Positions 24,077-32,000 of a stretch of 32,000 bases of DNA are shown here, in pieces (positions within the stretch are counted from its first letter, which is position 1; each line of letters starts with the position of its first letter). Where the stretch lies: positions 2,070,001 through 2,102,000 of the forward strand of contig NC_014148.1 of NCBI RefSeq assembly GCF_000092105.1, given 5' to 3'. Position numbers and translations under genes: made by a program. A model generated the notes under the pieces. It was not told the origin of the DNA. It made no database searches and saw only the letters and a program-made list of their open reading frames with translations. The DNA is from Planctopirus limnophila DSM 3776 (GTDB taxonomy: Bacteria > Planctomycetota > Planctomycetia > Planctomycetales > Planctomycetaceae).

Positions 24077-24120
24077 GAGATCAACACTGCTGTTATCGAG
24101 GAAAATCGCCTTGTGGCTGA

Positions 24121-25914
<1,794 letters not shown>

Positions 25915-26234
25915 GCGTTTTCAATCCTGACTGCACGACTCAAAATCAGGCATAACTTCCGATTCCGGAATGACTTATGCTGTATAGAAAGTCGGCGGCG
26001 GACACCTTGCCAGCTCCTCAGCAAAGCATCCTCTTCTCAAAAATGGAGGAGGTGCGGGGCGACCGGGCACACTGCCCGAAATCCAGACCCGATGGAGCGA
26101 ACCCGGATTTTAGTCACAAACGGACTTTTTTGAAAAGTCTGGAGGCGACGCAATTCCCTACAAAACCGAGAGTTCGGCCAAAAAGCACTCCTGATTCCGG
26201 CAAAGATGCCCCTGCCGGACAAAGGTTTCAGCTT

Positions 26235-27422
26235 TCAAACTTCCGCCGAAGGTGACCAACCGGGTTTGGGAAAATGATGAATGACGCCCGGAGTGAGAGC
26301 TTGCAATTCGAGAACCCGGGACAGGGCAGCATCCACATCTCTCTGCTGCGTATAAACTTCCAGCCCGAATCGTGTCTCATAGCTGGCTCCGGGAGCCAAC
26401 AGGGGCAAACGGCCTTGCTCTCGCTCAAAACTGTGGAAGTTCGGGAAGTTCACACTCGGCTCAATTCCTGTCACATACCCCGTCGCTGTGTCACAGGTGT
26501 TTTTCCAAACCGTCAGCCACGGGAGACTCTGCTTGTCAAATTTGACCGCCAGAGCCAATGGCCCCACGTTGCCTGTTGGAGGAGCCAACACAGCGAGCGA
26601 ATGACCTTGTTCATCAGCGATCGGTTCAAAGTAATAGGCTTCCTCGGCATAGCCGGGGGTGGGAGGCAGGTAGGTCTGCCATGTCGAAATTCCTTTCGCA
26701 GCCTGTGCGTCCCGTGGTGCTAATGTGCGAAAAGGGATATGAACCTGCGAGCCCTGCTGCAGAAACGGCTCGCCGATATTCAGGTGGTAAAGCATGGAAA
26801 GCGGTGCTTCATGGCCGCCAAGATTCGTCATCCGATCACAAATCTCTATGCCCGCCAGATTCGAGCGTAATGTGTACGTCGTTTCGAGCCGGAAACAGTC
26901 ACCAAACATCGACTGCTCTTCCACCACTCCAATCACCTGAATCTGCTGTTTAGATGCAGAGATCTCTACGCGCAGATGATGAGCCGGTAGATTCGCTAAA
27001 CGCCCATGCAGGGTGATGGATTTGCCCGCATCGTTGCCGGGAGGCCCGTTGAACCCCATACCACAACGGCACAAAAGCTCGTTGAATCCATGCAGCCAAC
27101 CCAGACCTCCACGATCCTGCAGGGCCACATACGCGGGGTGAACAGGTCTCGAAACGGGTGAATTCCACTGGAGAGGAAATCCGGAAACGGTTCCTTTCCA
27201 CAATCCCATGCCCCGAGTGGGGAGAATTTCAAATGAGACATCCCCGAGTTGCACAGACAGAACATCGACGCCAGCGGAAACCCCCGTTTTCAATGTGTCA
27301 AATCTGATTGACCAGGGCTGTCCCCAGGCGGGCCCTGCATCGTCCGATGTCGAATTCAGACAAACGGGTGCAGCGTGCCGGTTGGTGGTTTCATCAATCA
27401 GCAGGATCGTCTTTTCATCCAT
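26235..27422 (-). CDS. DUF4432 / aldose-1-epimerase-like (galactose mutarotase fold) protein
   Basis: Family-like motifs: FEILPTRGMGLWKG, ITLHGRLANLPA, LSMLYHLNIGEPFL, VTGIEPSVNFPN. Confidence 0.65.
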   Translation of the reverse strand: MDEKTILLIDETTNRHAAPVCLNSTSDDAGPAWGQPWSIRFDTLKTGVSAGVDVLSVQLGDVSFEILPTRGMGLWKGTVSGFPLQWNSPVSRPVHPAYVALQDRGGLGWLHGFNELLCRCGMGFNGPPGNDAGKSITLHGRLANLPAHHLRVEISASKQQIQVIGVVEEQSMFGDCFRLETTYTLRSNLAGIEICDRMTNLGGHEAPLSMLYHLNIGEPFLQQGSQVHIPFRTLAPRDAQAAKGISTWQTYLPPTPGYAEEAYYFEPIADEQGHSLAVLAPPTGNVGPLALAVKFDKQSLPWLTVWKNTCDTATGYVTGIEPSVNFPNFHSFEREQGRLPLLAPGASYETRFGLEVYTQQRDVDAALSRVLELQALTPGVIHHFPKPGWSPSAEV

Positions 27423-27685
27423 AACTCACTCGATCTCCGGGGAGTAGACTCAAGTTCCCTCTTCAGCGAACAACGTTTTGCACGGTGGAACATGGTAGCA
27501 AAGTGATGTTCATCCCGTGAAACAGTCTGTTCAGTTTCGCTGGCCTCAGATGATTTTGTCAGAGACTTTTTTAAGGGAAGGGGACTACGCACTGGCAAGC
27601 GGCACCATTCCCGATCATGATCATGCCTATTGCTTTGCAGTCATTTTGCAAGTTCAGCGATCTGTGCAGAAGGGAAGAACCCGGG

Positions 27686-28528
27686 ATGAATCTGACGGAA
27701 GTGGAAGTCGAGAAAAGACCTTACAGCCCAGAGTGGTTCGAGGAAGTTCGTCGCCAACTGGGTGATATCGTCTGTCGACAACTGGGCATCTACGCCGTTG
27801 CCGATGACATCCTGCTGAGTGTCGTGATCCCGATTTACAACGAGAAAGATTCTTTCAAAGTTCTTCTAGACCGGGTGAAAGCCGTCCCCATCCGCAAGGA
27901 AATCGTCTTAATCGACGATTGCAGTAAAGACGGCACTCGAGATCAACTGAAGGAGCTTGAAGCCGAACTGGCCCAAAGCCCGCCCGATGAATTCAACAAA
28001 CTCGTCTTTGCCTATCACGAAAAGAATATGGGCAAAGGAGCAGCGGTCAAAACCGGTTTTTCCAAGACCACTGGCCATATCATTATCATTCAGGATGCTG
28101 ACCTCGAGTACGATCCTTCAGAGTACCTGAGGTTGATTCGACCCATCATCGAGGGCAAAGCCGATGTGGTGTTTGGCAGCCGGTTTCTGGGTGATCAGGA
28201 ACATCGAGTGCTGTATTACTGGCACTTCCTGGGGAACACCGTACTGACCACCCTTTCAAACTGTTTCACGAACCTTAATCTCACCGACATGGAAACCTGT
28301 TACAAGGTCTTCACAAGGAAAGCTCTCGATTCGATCTGGCCCACACTCAAGCAGAATCGCTTTGGTATCGAACCTGAGATCACTGCCAAAGTAGCCCGAC
28401 GGAATTTGCGTGTTTACGAGATGTCGATCAGCTATTCGGGCCGCACTTACGAGCAGGGCAAAAAGATCGGCTGGAAGGATGGAGTCCAGGCCTTGTATTG
28501 CATTGTCCGCTACTGGTGGGCCGATTGA
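27686..28528 (+). CDS. family 2 glycosyltransferase (dolichyl/polyprenyl-phosphate sugar synthase-like)
   Basis: [55 protein letters not shown]. Start taken at MNLTEV (27686) with AGAAGGGAAG upstream. Confidence 0.9.
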   Translation: MNLTEVEVEKRPYSPEWFEEVRRQLGDIVCRQLGIYAVADDILLSVVIPIYNEKDSFKVLLDRVKAVPIRKEIVLIDDCSKDGTRDQLKELEAELAQSPPDEFNKLVFAYHEKNMGKGAAVKTGFSKTTGHIIIIQDADLEYDPSEYLRLIRPIIEGKADVVFGSRFLGDQEHRVLYYWHFLGNTVLTTLSNCFTNLNLTDMETCYKVFTRKALDSIWPTLKQNRFGIEPEITAKVARRNLRVYEMSISYSGRTYEQGKKIGWKDGVQALYCIVRYWWAD

Positions 28529-28867
28529 TTTAGGGCGTATTCGCCTGAAGATTCGGTCGAAGATCCTTCTTTCAACGGAAGGATGCCATTCGATTCCATT
28601 GCGACATGGTAACTCTCATCGGGATTTTCTCTCGTTTCTGAGTCTGTTTTCGTATGCCTGTGCATCGATTATGACTTATCGAATGAAATTCGAGGGTTGA
28701 TGGTCGATGCACGGCTCCAGGGGGCAATGTGGTTTGCCCTCAGTACGTCTGACGTATTATGCTTGTGGCATTGCAGTTATTGCCGAAGCAATAGGTCGTC
28801 ATCCTCTGGATGGCTGCCTACCATATGGGACATTGGAAGTTCACCAAGATCGTAGTAAAGAGGCCTC

Positions 28868-30820
28868 ATGGCACCGCTGCCGAAGGATTCCCCGCCCCCA
28901 CCTGCTCCCCGCCTTCCCAGCAACCGGGAAACTGACGACGAACCTAAAAAGTCTTCGTTTCCCGCCTCCTGGGTGATCCTGATTCTCATCCTCACTATTG
29001 GCTTTGTCTGGATGTGGCAGGCTTCTCCTTCCAATCAAGGAAAGCGCGTCGACTACATCTTTGTCTGGCGGCAGGCCGAAGAGGGCAAAATCGCCAAAGT
29101 GACTTATCACGGCGAACTCCTCACGGGAACATGGAAAAACGAAAAGGGAACTGTCGACCCCGAAGATCCTGATAAAATTATTCCTGCCAATTTCAATACC
29201 ATTCTCCCGTTGAAGCAGGATGACGACCTACTGCGGTTACTGCGCGAGAAAGGGGTCAAAATCTCGGCTGAACCTCAGGACCCCGGCCTCGGGATGACCT
29301 TGCTCCTGTGGCTCTCCGGGCCACTCCTGATTCTAGGTGTCTTTTACTACATGATGCGTCGTAACACCGACGCCATGGGTGGCGGCGGCATGATGGGCAA
29401 TTTCATTCGCAGCCCTGCCAAAAAATTCAAAGCCAGCGAACAGATGACAACCTTCGCCGATGTCGCGGCGATGGAGCAGGCCAAAGGCGAACTGGCAGAA
29501 ATCGTCGAGTTCCTCAAAAGTCCGCAGAAGTTTCAAAAACTGGGTGCCCAGATCCCCAAAGGTGTCCTGCTCATGGGGCCACCCGGGACAGGCAAAACTC
29601 TGCTGGCCAGAGCCACAGCTGGCGAAGCGGGTGTCCCTTTCTATTCCATCAACGGCTCTGAGTTCATCCAGATGTTTGTGGGTGTCGGCGCCAGCCGCGT
29701 GCGTGATCTTTTCCGCAATGCGAAGGAAAACAGCCCCTGCATACTGTTCATCGACGAAATTGATGCCGTCGGTCGAGTTCGTGGAGCAGGGCTGGGTGGT
29801 GGACATGACGAGCGGGAACAGACTCTCAATCAGATCCTGAGTGAGATGGATGGTTTTAATCAGACCGAAGCTGTCATTGTGATAGCTGCGACAAACCGTC
29901 CCGATGTTCTCGATCCCGCACTCTTGCGTCCTGGTCGATTTGACCGCCACATTTCGGTGGATCGATCCAATAAAACAGGACGCGAAGCCATCTTGAAGGT
30001 TCATTGCCGGAAGGTGCCATTAGCCGATGATGTCGACCTGGCTGCGATTGCCTCTTCCACGATTGGTTTCTCGGGTGCAGAGCTGAAGAATCTGGTGAAT
30101 GAGGCGGCTTTGGGAGCCGCTCGTGATGGGCGTGATAAAGTTACAAAAGGCGACTTTGATCTGGCTCGCGACCGCGTTCTGATGGGTGCAAAGCGTGAGG
30201 AAGTCTTATCGCCCCATGAACGCGAAATGACGGCTTACCACGAGGCTGGCCACGCCTTACTGGCATGGTTCCAGCCAGAGCTTGATCCGGTTCATAAAGT
30301 GACGATCATCCCGCGTGGGCGCGCTCTGGGTGTGACTCAACTGCTCCCGAACGAAGAGCGATACAACATTGGCGAGAAGCGCATCCATGCCCAACTCGTC
30401 TTCATGCTGGGTGGTCGTGCTGCCGAGAAGCTAGTCTTCGACGAGTATTCGGCTGGGGCCGAAGATGATCTCAAACGGGCCACTCAACTCACCCGGCGGA
30501 TGGTCAGTCATTGGGGGATGAGCGAGGTCATCGGGCCGGTCGCCTTCCGGAGTGGCGAAGAACATCCATTCCTGGGGAAGGAAATGTCAGAGCCTCGCGA
30601 ACACAGCGAAGCGACGGCTCATCTGATCGATCAGGAAGTACAGCGAATTCTGGTCGAAGCCGCCAATAAAGCCCGACAAATGCTGGTCGATCATCGGGAA
30701 GCTCTCGATAAACTTTCGATGGAACTGGTGAAAGCGGAAGCTCTCGATTACGACCAGATGGTCGGGATCATCGGTGAACCAATCCCGAGAACTGAGCACA
30801 CTCTTGTGAGTAATGCGTAA
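28868..30820 (+). CDS. ftsH: ATP-dependent zinc metalloprotease FtsH
   Basis: N-terminal TM segment, Walker [12 protein letters not shown], Walker [10 protein letters not shown], second region of homology [20 protein letters not shown], and zinc site HEAGHAL. Confidence 0.97.
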   Translation: MAPLPKDSPPPPAPRLPSNRETDDEPKKSSFPASWVILILILTIGFVWMWQASPSNQGKRVDYIFVWRQAEEGKIAKVTYHGELLTGTWKNEKGTVDPEDPDKIIPANFNTILPLKQDDDLLRLLREKGVKISAEPQDPGLGMTLLLWLSGPLLILGVFYYMMRRNTDAMGGGGMMGNFIRSPAKKFKASEQMTTFADVAAMEQAKGELAEIVEFLKSPQKFQKLGAQIPKGVLLMGPPGTGKTLLARATAGEAGVPFYSINGSEFIQMFVGVGASRVRDLFRNAKENSPCILFIDEIDAVGRVRGAGLGGGHDEREQTLNQILSEMDGFNQTEAVIVIAATNRPDVLDPALLRPGRFDRHISVDRSNKTGREAILKVHCRKVPLADDVDLAAIASSTIGFSGAELKNLVNEAALGAARDGRDKVTKGDFDLARDRVLMGAKREEVLSPHEREMTAYHEAGHALLAWFQPELDPVHKVTIIPRGRALGVTQLLPNEERYNIGEKRIHAQLVFMLGGRAAEKLVFDEYSAGAEDDLKRATQLTRRMVSHWGMSEVIGPVAFRSGEEHPFLGKEMSEPREHSEATAHLIDQEVQRILVEAANKARQMLVDHREALDKLSMELVKAEALDYDQMVGIIGEPIPRTEHTLVSNA

Positions 30821-30887
30821 GCTGGGGGATGTGAATCACCAGCGAATTATCGCTATTTGATCCGGGTCTTTCTCACCCACTGTGTGC

Positions 30888-30909
30888 CACTGCTGGCTTG
30901 CCAGCAGTG
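30888..30909 (+). terminator. hairpin downstream of ftsH (no T tract)
   Basis: CACTGCTGG cttg CCAGCAGTG. It has the same stem sequence as the junction hairpin at 318-347. A second 10-bp hairpin, CCTTCTCCCG/CGGGAGAAGG, lies at 31015-31040 in the same convergent gap. Confidence 0.4.
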
Positions 30910-31157
30910 CTCCTCCCATGATGTCTTCGTCGTCAGACCTAATCGAAGACCCCACGGCGTCAGATGATCTTGTTCATCACACGCCAAGTACGTCCGAGCT
31001 CGCCCTCATCCCGACCTTCTCCCGTCGGAACGGGAGAAGGAGAAAAAACTCGTAGCAAGCTCCCAGCGTTTTTAGCCGGATTGCAGTCATGCCAATTCGG
31101 CTCTTTGCACACTACTGGTGAACTCAAAGACTTACGCGAGCGGGAGGATCTTCAGAT

Positions 31158-31349
31158 TTACTTCTTGCCGGCTGCATGAGCTGCTGCGGCTTTGGCAGCC
31201 GCCTCTTCGGCTTCTTTCTGAATCTTGGCCGACTCTTCTGCAGTTTTGGTGGCGACCGGGGTACCGCCACCACCGCATCCGGCGAGCATTGTGGTTGAAA
31301 ATCCACCGAGTACAAGAGTGCAGAGGGAGAGACGAATCAGATGAGTCAT
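31158..31349 (-). CDS. small Ala/Lys-rich lipoprotein (63 aa), partner of the upstream DUF1559 gene
   Basis: MTHLIRLSLCTLVLGGFSTTMLAGC is a signal peptide plus a canonical LAGC lipobox. A low-complexity tail follows: KIQKEAEEAAAKAAAAHAAGKK. Confidence 0.6.
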   Translation of the reverse strand: MTHLIRLSLCTLVLGGFSTTMLAGCGGGGTPVATKTAEESAKIQKEAEEAAAKAAAAHAAGKK

Positions 31350-31384
31350 GGAGCAATTCCGCTGTGTAGGAGGAGTAAAGGAAA

Positions 31385-31411
31385 CGCCTGCCGCGAATAT
31401 CGCGACAGGCG
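31385..31411 (-). terminator. hairpin between the second DUF1559 gene and its lipoprotein partner
   Basis: Read on the minus strand: CGCCTGTCGCG atatt CGCGGCAGGCG followed by TTTCCTTT. One G-T pair in the stem. Confidence 0.5.
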
Positions 31412-31464
31412 CAAAAAGACAAACATCTTTGTACTAAGTATACGGCACTGACTGGTGGCTCAGA

Positions 31465-32000
31465 TTAGAACTCGCCCAGGGTCTCGCCACCGTTCTTGGA
31501 GCCGATGCCGCGATAAAGCGTCAGGTCGATATTCTCGCTCAGGAATTTGACGGCCCCATCCCCCATCAGGAAGTGGGCACCACCGGTATGGCGGCTGCCA
31601 AAGCCTTGGTCTGAACCGCCATTGATGCGATAAAGTCCTTGCCCCGTTGTGGCATCGAGCACGTTGTCCATGATTCGAAGCTGTCCACCAATTGAGCTGC
31701 GACCATTGCAGCCGGCGTTGTTGTTGCCGCCTGCCCAGAGAGGATAATTTCCGTTACCTGTATTGGTTGGTGAGACGTTGGCAGAAATCGAAACTTCACC
31801 CAGCATCGCCGTATTCGACGTTCCATCCGTGATATCACGCATCTTCGTGAACCATGTGTCGTCATTGTTGTTCGACATTAGGAAAATGCCCGTCTGCCTG
31901 TTGCCACGCCAGTTACCATCGGCGCATGTGGTGCTGATTTCACCACCGATGTTGCCCAGATAGTTGGACTTGGCATATCCATCATTATCTTTGGCTGGCA
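31465..32000 (-). CDS. DUF1559 / H-X9-DG protein, C-terminal part (N-terminus beyond the right edge)
   Basis: The frame stays open to nt 32000 (...NYLGNIGGEISTTCADGNWRGNRQTGIFLMSNN...). Motifs: [11 protein letters not shown] and [18 protein letters not shown]. Confidence 0.85.
   Translation of the reverse strand, partial: PAKDNDGYAKSNYLGNIGGEISTTCADGNWRGNRQTGIFLMSNNNDDTWFTKMRDITDGTSNTAMLGEVSISANVSPTNTGNGNYPLWAGGNNNAGCNGRSSIGGQLRIMDNVLDATTGQGLYRINGGSDQGFGSRHTGGAHFLMGDGAVKFLSENIDLTLYRGIGSKNGGETLGEF

Noticed and set aside
29333-30004. 223-aa minus-strand ORF
   Set aside because: It is antisense to the AAA+ module of ftsH.

Overview
This window looks like chromosome from a Planctomycetota-type genome. 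Evidence: two DUF1559/H-X9-DG genes (one showing the prepilin-like N-terminus [17 protein letters not shown]), several lipobox proteins, and a xylose-isomerase-like TIM-barrel gene. From about 8.2 kb to 32 kb the content is ordinary: a class V PLP enzyme, a PMI-like cupin, a Uma2 endonuclease, a sugar-phosphate isomerase, a transglutaminase-like protein, an RND efflux pair, a short decayed region, a sigma-70 factor, ribosomal protein S1, a DUF4432/aldose-epimerase-like protein, a GT2 glycosyltransferase and FtsH. Many of these genes end in clear hairpin terminators. The left ~8 kb is an accessory island and is the part worth a second look. It holds three co-oriented rhs ORFs on the minus strand (4085..6757, 1055..3328, and a 5'-deleted fragment at 1..304). 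Each complete rhs ORF has an unrelated AT-rich C-terminal tip after a PxxxxDPxGL-type motif, followed by small candidate immunity ORFs. Two more small AT-rich ORFs lie upstream. None of the rhs ORFs has an N-terminal trafficking domain, and no full-length rhs or secretion genes are visible. The cassettes are separated by conserved structured junction elements: an imperfect GGCACACAGGT/ACCTGTGCC hairpin plus a terminator-like hairpin that shows compensatory stem changes, and a ~155-nt repeated intergenic unit. Two frame breaks sit at 7-nt G/C runs. All functional calls come from motif recognition by eye. No database search was run.
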